From Tubiluchus corallicola (lineage: Eukaryota > Animalia > Priapulida), in the NCBI GenBank assembly GCA_030141605.1, contig JAQGDQ010000009.1, forward strand, positions 1,240,001 to 1,304,000: a DNA stretch of 64,000 nt, written 5' to 3'. A program made the position numbers and the translations under genes. A model generated the notes under the pieces. The model was not told where the DNA came from. It was given only the letters and a program-made list of their open reading frames with translations, and searched no databases. This document shows positions 1 through 13,100 of the stretch, in pieces (positions within the stretch are counted from its first letter, which is position 1; each line of letters opens with the position of its first letter).

Positions 1-410
1 TTGGTTTCATTCTAATATTCTACACTTGCGGAAAGTATTTCTTTTTACTTTTTACAACATCTTACTTTTCACTACTTAAAATACTGGAAACTATTAAAAA
101 ATTGGTACAGAAAGCATTTATTGGCACATTATATAGAATTACCTTGTAAAAAATACATTATAGCAAGAATTTACTAGTCAAACTATTATATTATATGGCT
201 CAAGAAAGGTAATAGTGGTACAGTAGTACTGACTGTATTTTTCAAATGCAAGACAAAATTCTTTTATTTTTCCGTGTTCTAACTTAATTAACGGACAGTT
301 TCTATGACGGAATACATCTAGAATAAATTGAACTTATTTTCGTTATTCCCGCATTGGCATCTAAAAGATTAAAAGTGATGCTTTTAATGCGCAACTTTAA
401 TTACATGCTT

Positions 411-1230
411 AGCTGAATCACAGATTAACAATGGTGACCAGTGTACATTGTTTCTGAATATGAATTTGTCACATCTAAGTTCCCACAATTCCAGCTGAAT
501 CACAGATTAACAATGGTGACCAGTGTACATTGTTTCTGAATATGAATTTGTCACATCTAAGTTCCCACAATTCCAGCTGAATCACAGATTAAAAATGGTG
601 ACCAGTGTACATTGTTTCTGAATATGAATTTGTCACATCTAAGTTCCCACAATTCCTGCTGAATCACAGATTAACAATGGTGACCTGTGTACATTGTTTT
701 TGAATATGAATTTATCACATCTAAGTTCCCACAATTCTAGCTGAATCACAGATTAACAATGGTGACCAGTGTACATTGTTTCTGAATATGAATTTGTCAC
801 ATCTAAGTTCCCACAATTCCAGCTGAATCACAGATTAACAATGGTGACCAGTGTACATTGTTTCTGAATATGAATTTGTCACGTCTAAGTTCCCACAATT
901 CCAGCTGAATCACAGATTAACAATGGTGACCAGTGTACATTGTTTCTGAATATGAATTTGTCACGTCTAAGTTCCCACAATTCCAGCTGAATCACAGATT
1001 AAAAATGGTGACCAGTGTACATTGTTTCTGAATATGAATTTGTCACATCTAAGTTCCCACAATTCCTGCTAAATCACAGATTAACAATGGTGACCTGTGT
1101 ACATTGTTTCTGAATATGAATTTATCACATCTAAGTTCCCACAATTCCAGCTGAATCACAGATTAACAATGGTGACCAGTGTACATTGTTTCTGAATATG
1201 AATTTGTCACATCTAAGTTCCCACAGTTCC
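411..1230. repeat. 82-bp minisatellite, 10 tandem copies
   Basis: The unit AGCTGAATCACAGATTAACAATGGTGACCAGTGTACATTGTTTCTGAATATGAATTTGTCACATCTAAGTTCCCACAATTCC starts at 411, 493, 575, 657, 739, 821, 903, 985, 1067 and 1149. Copies are near-identical and have no spacers. Confidence 0.97.
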
Positions 1231-1842
1231 ATCTGGCATAAGAAAAAGGATTCTTATATTTAATTTCAGATGTTCAGCTTTTAAGAAGCTTCCAAATTTT
1301 AGTGCAATTCAGCTAATATCATGCATTACTGTTATCTTATAGAATTAACTATTCTGAAATTGGTTTGAAAGTTAGATTAGGCAGATTTTCTTTGAGTTAT
1401 AATAATAGCAAGTGTGTGTAACTCATTAATAATTGATCAGTTTAAGAAAGTCACACTAACCAGGTAAAATGTTATTCGTATAAACGCTACTAATCACTGT
1501 TTTACAAATAACACTAGCATGTTGTTATAATTTGTTAGAAAGACCTACCCTTGCAGTCCTAATTAGCTGCGGCTGTACTTTAAATTGAGAAAATTTAATG
1601 GAATTGTCTGGTTAGAAGAATTTTGACTAATCATTATGACTAAAATTCTTGAAAATATCATATTATTGGAGCATGTTTTGCTAGCTTCGGAATAATTCGA
1701 TCTATTTAGAAAACACGGAGCTTTGAATTCATCTTACTATGGACTAAGGATTTTAATTTACAAATTTACATTTTATTATAATTATTGTGCTTCATAATGA
1801 CCACATGCCAAGTAAGCAACAAGCGTTTTATTATTGTAAGAG

Positions 1843-2598
1843 TCACGTCAACTTCGAAAGGAATTTGCTGTCGACTTTTTCCGGCCTCTGGTAGCCGACT
1901 TTTTTAGATTGTTCCGCTATTCTTTTCTGTTCATACTTGTGCAGGTAAGCACCTATCAGTAAGTTCACTATCAAAAGTGCTCCAGCTAAACTGAAAACAA
2001 TTATTAGCTTCCGTTTATAATCAGGTATCCATAACACCTCTAATTCAGCCGTCGCATTGATGTCAGTTTGCATTATGAAGCATGTGTAGTTGCCAGTATG
2101 TTCTCTCTTAAGTTCGTCAATGTAAAGCACTCCCTCACTTTCACTCACATTTATATGGCTGTGGTTATCATTATGTTCTGACCATATGTCTCCTGTTGGT
2201 GGAATCCTCCATTTAATAAGATAGTTGTTTTCAATTTCGTTTGTACCATTAGGTAAGTTACACATTAGTGTGCATTTGATTGTTAATTCCTCATTTTCGA
2301 GTTCTTTTATTTCCACTGGTTGAATATCCATAAATACATTTTCGTGTTTGCAATCATTGCTGTGATAAGCATTTCTCTTCTGTTTTCGCTTCTGATGCGG
2401 ACCACTGTATCGTAAATTGTTTGCACTTTCCAGACGAGCAATTATCCCGTTCTTTGTTAATAAAGCAGAACCTGAGATTATATTGTTGAACATTCTTTTA
2501 CCACTCTTTGTAAATGTTGCACTTTTTACTTGCTGTTTGTCTGCATTAACTAATGTGAAACCGATTGTGAAAAATGGTAGAATGTAACACATTTCCAT
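1843..2598 (-). CDS. Single-pass membrane protein with one Ig-like domain (251 aa, single coding exon)
   Basis: Hydrophobic N-terminal signal-like segment; Ig I-set pattern (LTIKC...IKWR...LYIDELKREHTGNYTC); TM segment LIIVFSLAGALLIVNLLIGAYL; short basic cytoplasmic tail. Confidence 0.8.
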   Translation of the reverse strand: MEMCYILPFFTIGFTLVNADKQQVKSATFTKSGKRMFNNIISGSALLTKNGIIARLESANNLRYSGPHQKRKQKRNAYHSNDCKHENVFMDIQPVEIKELENEELTIKCTLMCNLPNGTNEIENNYLIKWRIPPTGDIWSEHNDNHSHINVSESEGVLYIDELKREHTGNYTCFIMQTDINATAELEVLWIPDYKRKLIIVFSLAGALLIVNLLIGAYLHKYEQKRIAEQSKKVGYQRPEKVDSKFLSKLT

Positions 2599-4136
2599 TG
2601 TAACTCAGCAATATTAACACTTTTTTGCACTAGAAGAACTTATTTTTAAGTTGTTCAGTAGCCCCACTCACTAGAAAATGACTGAGGTATAAGCTATATT
2701 AATTCAAGTACATTGCACTCATTCTGTATATAAACACACTATGTGTCAGTACAACATTCATGTTACTGCACAGAATTGGGTGATATACTGCTTAGCTCAA
2801 GAACCAATACTATAACTTGTTTGTTATTGAGTGATTATATCTATAAAGTCCATATTTGTTCAAGATCTTTGTCCTTACGTAGTATGGTTTATGTAGATTG
2901 CTTACAGCAAAGAAGGGTTGTCAGCGCTGCTTGTAACACATGATGCTGTAGTATTTTATGGATTAGTAGAAGCTTTTACTACTAATCTCAAATAATGTAT
3001 CCAACATATCACTGAACATAAAGTTATAATTCAATTGTAACCATGACTTAGTTTATTGCATGTGTTAGGAAATAAATTTCCGTTATATCTGATAATGGAT
3101 TTCTTATTGGATGAGTTTTAATTTCCAATTAATTTATAAAATATAACTTACTAATTCAGCTTTTAATTTATGATCACCTTCAAATTTGTTCTTTGAAATA
3201 TTTAATTTGATAACTGCAGGCACAGTTTTCAGTATTTTCTCATTTTCTCTTTATAAGGGAATAGCAGAACAAAATGGCTGTTTTATTAAAATATGAGCAC
3301 TGTCGAGAACGACGCCAGTAGGGTGCTTCTCGAGTAAAAGTGTTTATTTATGGTTGCACGCATCTGCCCTTGCAAACCTGTTTCATAGTTTACATACATT
3401 TAACTCTATGTAAACTACATTTGATTCATTCCCAATTAGCCGTGTAATCACTTGCACATAGGCTTCCTTCTCATCAGGTATATATAATTGTGATCTTGCC
3501 AAATTTCTAGTGTGGAGTGGCATAACATTGTATTTTGGCACTCCACGTCCTCCTTATCGAGGATAATCTGTCGCCAGTTCTCCGCATGTAGTCACTATAT
3601 TTGTATTTTGTAGCATTTATGTAAATTATTTTATTCATAGTCATTTTGATGTAGTCATTAATTTTGCATAGCCAGTGGCTCATACGTAGCATTTAACTTT
3701 ATTTTTTCTCTGTCTAAAATGCAGCGCAGCATTTAGCTGTAATTATTAGCATCGCCATTATCATGTAATCGTACTTTTCCATATAATCGTTGTAAATATC
3801 ATTTTTAAATGTTTGTGCACATAATTATGCACATATTTTAAGTTTATCATTCTTGTTTTCTATAAACGGCATTACTACTCAGAATTTCGATATCAACAAA
3901 CTTTATTCTAATCATATATGGGCACCTCTCGAAACGTGGACTCGAACTTTAAAACACCAGGCTTTTAAGTCGCCCAATAATTGCTTTTCCCCTCTTTGTA
4001 AAGAGCTGAAAGATTAAAATTTCTAAAAATATTTACAAAAGAACAAAAACTTAATCCGCCTTCGCGACAAGCACTGTGTGAAACAGTGCCAAACCAAAAT
4101 TAATACTTAACGTTTCACACAATTCATTTTTGTAGA

Positions 4137-7100
4137 ATGGATGAATCAATAGGTAATTTCATTTATCAACAATGTGCCATTGCAGTTTTTTATCGTTTTT
4201 TATTTCCAGCTGAGCTGGATCAGCGGCGAAAAGACGAAAAACAAACAATTAAACTGAACAAAAGGCTGCAGAAGAAGAATGCAAAACTTCAGGTATTTGC
4301 ACGCGGCAAACATTCATTTATTTATGTGATATAAATTTAAATTGTGTAATTAAATTTTTTTACAAAACTACAAAAAAGTGTTTCTGTATTGTATTAAATA
4401 ATTAGTTGATAACGCATAACTTATTCTCACATGGTTTTCACTGATATTTTTATTGCATTCCACACTTGTCGAAAATGTTGTAAATGTAGTGAAACTGAGA
4501 TTGATTGATTTTTTTGATGTGTTTGAATTGTCTGTTTATCAACTGTTAAAGTATTGTGCTACTGTGTTATGTCCATTATAATTGTTTAAGGCATTCTCAT
4601 TTTAGTTTATTTGTTATTTTGCATACACTAACAAAAAGCTTCAAGTAAATTAGATATTGATAATATATATACATATATGTGTATATATGCACACGTTTCT
4701 TTACTTACTAACACAATTTTTATTGTAAATTTATAATATATATATAGTTATAATGTCTTAAATATAATTAAATATACATAATGTCTCGCAACAAGCTGCT
4801 AACAGTGTCACTCGATTAACTAAATAGATAAATCATAAAAAGGGATGGTTGCTAGGTGACCACTTGGTCTTTTGCCACCCTGTCTCAATGTAGTGTTTAT
4901 CATGTTAAAAAAATGTTGTATGTTATTATATGCTTAAATATAATTGAGATGAATAAATTTTAATCTAAGCTGATCACATTGTAAGTTAGTAGTGCAGCTT
5001 CTGGTATAACACTGGTTTTTAATAACAGTGCCAGATAAACAATAAAAATTTAAATGTTTTTTAATATTTAACGTTATTTAACAGAGAAGGCTAGAGAGAT
5101 TGCTGTTGACAAAAGCAAGTAGCACCACGAAGCGGCGGCAACGGCGCACCTCAGCTTCGCAACTGTTTTCGTCGTCACAGGGAGAGCTTCATTCCAGTGA
5201 TGGTAAGTTTGTCAATTTACGTTACCATGCATAATAAAAGCGGCTAAATTTTGGATTGCTCACATTTAATTAAGCTTTGTGTCGGTTGGGGCATGAAATT
5301 CACATCTGTATTGAGATGCTAATCTACGGAGGTTTGAGGCCGGGGCTGGATTGGGGTTTGGGTTTGGATCAATGGATTGGAATCGCGTGGTTGCTTAGCT
5401 GGATTTTGAAATAGAAAGATACTTGTAGCAGTGAGACAAGAATCACAAAATATTTTTCATAAGACGGTCTCATTCTTCTATATATTTTCGTAAATTGTTC
5501 AAACATTATTGGCAAACCACATCCATAAGAATGAATCACACTCACAAATTACTGAATGCACACTCGTTGTTGGGACTGAATGTTTGGAACAAATTTAAGG
5601 ACCGGGATCAGGGTTCAGGGGTCTTGGTCGTGATGAGCTTGATCACAAATATGCCTATACTAAGCTATCATATATTTTTTTTGTATAAGTATTTGTTTCG
5701 TTGCCTTTTGTAGTTATGTATTTCAATTTATATTCCTATTTTTAGAAGAAGCAATGAAGATAGAGAAATCGCTGCTGAAAAATGAGGACGAAGATGAGGA
5801 AGAACTTCTTAATTTCAAGTTTAGTTTCTTGTGCAGTAAATTTCCACTTCCACTTTCTCCGCTACCTCCATCACCTGCTCCAGTCAGGGTAAATATTGCT
5901 TATCATTAGTATTAAAAATAATCCATCGCAATTTTAAATGCAGCATAGTGATAATTTATCATATTTTAAATTGTAAGGTTGCTTTAGCTGATTTTGACTA
6001 TCGAGTAATTGCTTTTTGTTTTATTTTTAGGAACATGTATCAGCAAGTAAAACAAGCCCTAATGAAATTGGAGCAGTTAGTATTGATGAGCAGCTTCTGC
6101 TTGATAACAGCATGGAAACTGATTCAAAAACAGATATGGAAAATCATGAACAAAGGACATCAATATTGGATGGCTCTGGGGGAAAACTGGAATCTATAGC
6201 CAGCACTTCTGTAATGCTCACTAAAGAAAGGTACTTTGTAAATCAAACAAATACTGGTGGCTTGCCTGCTATGGAATTTCAGACTACTAATAAAGACATA
6301 GAAGAATCTGAAACAATCGGGACAACAAAGGAAGTGTCTAATAACCTTAACTCAGCTGCAGCTGGTAGTATTAGTACAGCAGATTCAGAAGAAGATGCAG
6401 AGCAGAAAAAGCCAATGTCAGTCAAGTTTCCATCACTTGCTGCTTCATTTGTTCGTGCTAGTGATGCTATTAGGCCATTTGAGCTTCCATTAAATAATGA
6501 TGGCAGTGAAACGTGTTCCATGTCTCCCAACAGTATTGATGACCATGCAGCTCAGTCAGAAGACAATTTTCAGCAGGAAAGCTCCTCTGAGCGGAAAGCA
6601 CTTCAATTGGAAGATAACATTTGCGAAAATTTAGCAACAAACAACGAAGTAGAGACTTCTAAATGTTCTTTAGTGCAAGATAATGGAGTCGTTCATGAAA
6701 ACCAGAAGCATATTGCCATCGATATAAAAAACATTGGTGAAAATATTGACGACGAAACTTGTTTTTCTGCAAGAAGTTTAGCTGATAACTGTGATGATGA
6801 CTCAAAAGAGAGTTCTAAAACTAAGTGCAGCAGCCAGAAGGATCGCACTGTTAACTATCAAACAGGTGCTGATGTTCCAACTCTCTTTTCACTGTGCAGT
6901 TCTTCTGCTATGAGAGAGACGCCTAGTCCTAGTTCAGATATAATTGTGATGAAGAAGCGCCATCGAGCTCAGCCAATCAGATCTGACTCAGACGAGAGTG
7001 ATTCTGATGTTCTTTATACAAAACCTAGCAAGTTAACTAAAAAATCTACTGAGAAGTGTGAAAATTCAAATGATGAAAATATGGCTGCTGAAAATCATCA

Positions 7101-10100
7101 AGTGAACGAACATGTGAAACAGTGCCAAAGAACTTCTCGTCGGCTAACAAGTTTGGGTTTTGCGATAACTCCCAAAGAATCTAGTGAATTGAAACAAATG
7201 AAAACTAATGATTTCCAAAATGAATGTGAAGAAAAAAGCTCAATTGTAAAAAGGTCTTCAGCTGACGTTAGCAATAAAGCTGAGAATGCTGATACAGCCA
7301 AGGTTAGTTTTATAACTGATAATGGTTCCCGGAGGATGACTAGATCTCGTTCTGCAGAAGAACAATTAATAATGGCTGCAAATGAATTTTTGTCTAAAGA
7401 CAAGAAGCAACAGAGTTCTGTTACTAAATGTAGCCTCGAAAAACGTAAAACAGTTCTTGAGCGTGAACCTGTTCCTAAACGAAAACGAGGAAGGTCAAGA
7501 AAAATACACCCTCAAAATGATGAAACACTAGCAGCTACAAAAAGTGTCAAATCTGTTGATAATGAGCCTGGTGAATGCATTCCGTATATTAATAAAATTA
7601 ATGTGAACGAACAACAGCAGTCAGAAGTAGCTGATCAAAAACAGCATAACGTGGATGTTGAAGACTTAAATGTGCCTTGCGACAAAAATATTTCAAATAA
7701 TTCGAAAGTGAATAAGATATTGCCTATTGAAAATGAAAAACAGAAACCTGAGTGTCAGCGAAAGAGGTACCATTTAAGAAGTAGCAGCAGTAATTTTGAA
7801 GTGAGCAAAAAGTCTGTCCCAGTGAGATGCAGACGTAGGTCATTTGATGGAGCACTTCCCATAAACAATTCGACCACCAGGTGTTTAGCAAAACATTTGT
7901 TGAAAGTCAAAAGAGAAAGTGTAAATGTAACTCCTGTGATCTTTGAAAGTGGCGCAAGTGATGAAAACAATTTAAGGGTAAATACAGAAAATGTGAATGC
8001 AGTTCCTGTAATAATTGAACGTGCCACAAGTGATGAAAACCATGCAGATCAAAGCTGCCTGGAAGTTCGTAAAGTTGACTTTAGAGTTGATTCTCCAGAG
8101 TTAGACTCAGATCTCTTTAAATGTAAGTCTGAGGGAACAGCCTCTCAAGAATCGGTAACAGATGTTGTTGCACTTACATCTGAGCAACATGAACTGTTGT
8201 CAGAAATTTTGTCAAAAGAGTCTGATTTGCCTTCATTATCAGTGTCGCCGGTAACTCAAGCTGCAAGCATGTTGTCAAAGAAATTTAAATTGGAGCCTAT
8301 ATCACCGCTTCCTCCAAGTCCGTGTGAAAAACGTGAATTACCTGAATTGTCTATCATCTGTCCCTCACCCTCCAATTCCAATAATTCTTTAGATGCTTCA
8401 CCTGTGAACACTGAATCACTGATTCCTTGTAAATTTGACGTTGCTGTTCCACAGTCTGCTGTTAACGTTGAACCAACCAAGCTGTCATCAGGAGACCCTG
8501 CTTTGTTAACTTCACCTACTGGCACAGCATCTTTAAGTCCAACAAGTAAAGACATGTCACACGCTCCTTCGGCGTTTACTCGGTCGAGTTCAGCGCATTG
8601 TGTTGATATACAACCACGTGGTGATAAAATATCAGAAGTGGATGGCACTGACACAGTTAGTGAAAAATCAAAGATTTCTAGACACTTAGCTGTTGTATCA
8701 GCTTTTGATACAACTAAAGGTTTATCATTGTTTCACACTTGCAATGTGGAATCTCCTTCTGTATCAAATAAATTCTCAACTGCCTCGTCTTTGAACACTA
8801 ATGATCAGAATATCACGAATGTTGAATGTGCTGTTAATGAAAATGACCATAGTCATGAACTGATGGAAAGTTACACTGATGGATATGCATTGCGGAAGAA
8901 GAGGATAGCACATGTGCCTGTAAGTAAATCGGTGGATGCATCTTCTTCCTCAGCTTTATTAGCTGCAGAAAAACTGGCAAAAAGTACTCTATGTGCGAGG
9001 AATGATCTGAATAGCGAGTTGCAGACAGTTAAGCTAGCACTAAACAACTCTTTGAAACCAACATCTAAACTTCAAGAGACAATTGAACCCAAAGTTCTGC
9101 CTGACGGACTAGGTGGCGATGTGGCAAAGAGTGCCGCTTCAGTAAGAAACAAAAACAATGCAAAATTTGCCCTTCCCGTTGAACCAGATGCTCAGGCATT
9201 AACAAATACAAACTGTGCCGCAAATAAAGCAAAACGTAACCAGAAGCCAAGAAAGAAAAGGAAGGCAAGCCGAGGAGCTGACTCATCAAGCAAACAAGAT
9301 GGAGTGACAAGTCCTGGTCGTAGAGCAAGGAGAAACCCGCCATCAAGAATGCCGTATGTTGATCTGGATGATTGTGGCAGCGATGATAATCCATGGGTTG
9401 TACATTGTGAGGAAAAGAACATATGTATCCTTTTTATTTGTCAAAGTTGGTTTTAGTGGTTAAAGTTTTCATTTTATTTTGATTTATCTCTGTTGTAATG
9501 CATTTACAAAGATGCTTTAGAAATATTTATTTGGTAACATACGCACACGACACAAGGCCTTAAAAATAATACATTCTTAAAGTTTTGCTTCATTACAGTG
9601 CATATAAAAAACTTATGCTTACATATTCAGTTAACCATTACATAAATTTGTGTGTAACTAGAACTACACTGCCTACAGTGCATTCATTTCATATCCGTTT
9701 TACAAAGGTACTAATTCATAGCCAATGCTGCTATTTTCACCTGCTATGTTCAAACAAGTTAAACCAAATTGTTAGGTTCATTGTAGTGTTTCTATTTCGA
9801 ATCTCATTTTTTTTACATGTTTTCTTTAACATGACACGATAGTTATGGAAAGCACTGTTCGTTATTTGATCAATCATGCACCGACTACTGTAGATGGAGC
9901 TGAAGAAGTTGCTGGGCGGTTCTTATGCGTGGGCAGATTAGAAAACGTGGATCTGCTTATCCAGTGTCTACTCATGGTAAAAATATTGAGTTACATATTC
10001 TATAATATTATATAACGTTTTATGTTACGTTTTGAGAACAATTTTATATCAGTGTTTGTCCCAGGTAATCCACCAGGGATATTAGCCATGTTTAACAAAG

Positions 10101-13100
10101 ATAACTGGTATTGTACCTGCCACTGTTACCAGGAGATATAACTTTTTTTTATTTGGTTTTATAATTACTGATTAAAATATTCCACAAAGGTTTTGAACCT
10201 TGCTGATAGAAAAGTAACTATAAAATATGTAAAATGATCTGTTAATAATCAATTAAATGCTGATACGTATGTGTTTTATTCTGATTAGCAATTGATGGAA
10301 AATTTTGAAGATTTTACACCTGACATCATTGAAGCATGTTCTGGTGAATCTAGTCCTTCGACACCGCTTTTGCGGGATGGCGAAACAAAAGTCTCTTATT
10401 TCATATGGCTGCTAAGTAAGAAACGAAAATCAGTAAGTATTCTTCCAAAAAATCAAACCACCTGTGACCATGTGTCTGTAAAGTGTAAATGGTGATGAAG
10501 AGACATTTTCAGAGTTGCAAATTTATTCACGACAGATGAAGTGTTATCAGTATACACACACTGTTTGATTGGGAGTGTCAACTGCCTGTAACAATTTGCA
10601 GATATTATTTTGAATGATAAATTAATGGCTGATAGTTCATTTTTTATGTTAAATAGTAACCTTTAATCCTTTCCTTTTGTAATGTTTTTATCGTTGTGCC
10701 ATTTATGACCCTGATTTTGTTTACTTGTAATGCAATAGATATTGGCTGGTGATAACACAGTTTAGATATTTGTAATTGACTTCATTTACTAGACAACATA
10801 AACATGTACAATTGATGTAGCAGATTTAATGAAGATTTATAACTTTAGGAACTGGTGGAACACACTTTTAAACTGTTATTTCATGTTAATTACATTTATT
10901 TTCAGTTAAAGATCATGGAGAAATTTCTCAAAGCTGTTGTCAAAACCATGTACAATATTCGAGCCAGATATCGAATTGTCAGAAGTGCTCAAATGCTGTG
11001 GTATGCATATTCTTTATCACTGTTTTCATTCGCTCTCATGTTAGTTTTACTTTTATACATCATTTTGTATATAAAACATTTAAATTCAGTATTTTCCAAA
11101 CCACAAAGCTGGACGAGTTGATTTTCGAGCATTCTTCTATGAAATTTCGGCAACAGAAGGCTTTTTACAATTTCTTGGAAAAAACGTAAAAAGAGTACAG
11201 CAAAAAATTTTGTGGGAAATGTGCTTGCTTCTGTAACATACCACAAATGAGTAGGAGAGTAGTCTATATATTTTACTAACAGACTATAGGAAGCTAGTAG
11301 CAGGTTTTGCTTCAGCACAATAACTGGTTAAAATTGTCAGCTTGACGAGAAGAGACAAAATATTGATGTCTCAAGTATGAACTGTTGATAATTATTTTCA
11401 AGTGGCAAATTCTTGTGCAGCAAGAAAATTGATCATATAAGGATCGTATTGAGGGATGTGCCTTATGACTGATTAACTAAGAACTTGATTTGGTTATTGG
11501 ACCCATTCCAAGAGTGGGGTCTAAGTGATAACTCTTGTTTTGCTTCGTTTTGAGGACACACAATCAAAAATTCATGTTAACTTGCAAACATGGAGGGCTT
11601 GAGTTGCGAAAGTTGTACGGCAGACACCTGGGCTAGGGGTCGTGATAATCACAGGTGAACAGTGATCACAGTCAAAAGGTCAAGAATGTTTGACATTGGT
11701 TTTGTCATTGGTTGAAAATGTTTTGAACCATAACATCGAATAACTTCAAAACATAGTGTTATAAACTAGGCTGGGTAGACACCTGAGGTAGCGGCTAGGA
11801 TAATGGTACTGTTAAAACAAAACTATTTAAGGGCCCGAGATAGAAGCCAAAATGTGAAAATTAGGGCAAATTGCTCAGTTGCACAAAATAACCCGCACTG
11901 GAAGGACATAGTGAAGTGACAATTTGGCCCGGGTTCCCTGCCAACTGTTCAGTTGAGCATTCTGTAGGAGTGGATCCACGCTACCTATGATAAATCTTGT
12001 TTATCTGACAATGTGTAGATGCATGGTCATTGTTCTGTCTGTACTTTTGGCTGAGTAAATAATTATATTGATGCAGACTAGTAGTGTTGTACTAACCTCG
12101 TTTATTTACCATGTGTCAGGGTAGCTAGTTTATTTATTACATAATTTCTAATAAATGGTTTTTCACATCATCGACCAAATTGTTCTGTTCTGGTATTTGC
12201 CTTCAGAATTGTCTTAAGTGCTGTTACAGCAATTTCATTTATGAGATGTTTCAGCTATTAAGTAAATTTGTGTTCAAAATCTAATCATGTCTTTTCTTCA
12301 CGAATAGCCGAGTTTATGTTGCCATATGTCGCCTTGATGGAAACGTTGAACGAGCACGGGTGCTGTGTTACGATCTGCTGTCACGTAAAGTTGTGGGCAT
12401 TTGTAATCTCCTCGCATCCATTGTTGCTGTGTGGCCAGCTGTTTTTCAAACTCATCACAAACAAGGTATATAGTATAGGTAGACTATATTGTAGTAATGT
12501 AATTAGTAATGTATTTTTAGCTGAATAGATACCTGAATTTTGTGTTTTGAATATCTTCACGTGTGATCTTAATTTTAGTTTTAATACAATTTAGCACACT
12601 GTAAGCCAGGCTTCCACGTTCAATGCAGGTCTTAGTCCGTTTTGGCATTTGAGGTGAGATTGGAAGTTGGCTCATCTTGGCTACTCAGTATAAGATAAGC
12701 TACTGAACTAACAGAGTGTCGTCCATGTTGGAATGTATATATTTCCTCCCTCCATGTGGTAAATGGCCATAATTGGTAGTGTGAATGAGACCGGTATGGA
12801 GCAAGTATCAAATCTGGCCAATGTCTATAAACCCATATCTGGTAATAGACTAGGTAATCTAAGTATGGTGTTTTTTAATATTTAATCAATTGCTATAATC
12901 AATGTGACATCGTAGTAATAAGTGTAACATTTGCAGGTCATTCTTATTTTGCTCAAGTGACTGAACATGTTCTATTAAACAAGCTACAGATGCCAGAAAA
13001 CTTACAAAATGTTTTTGCCAAACTGAGCGACTGGAAGGTAATAAACTTTAATGTTCGTCCACATTTCAGTACTGTCTTTGTTAACGCGTAAATTTTTTTG

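Noticed and set aside
411-1230. CRISPR-like regular array
   Set aside because: Units are contiguous and near-identical with no unique spacers, there are no cas genes, and the context is eukaryotic.
6279-9422. Antisense ORFs within the large ICE1 exon
   Set aside because: These are shadow ORFs of the coding strand with no recognisable domains.
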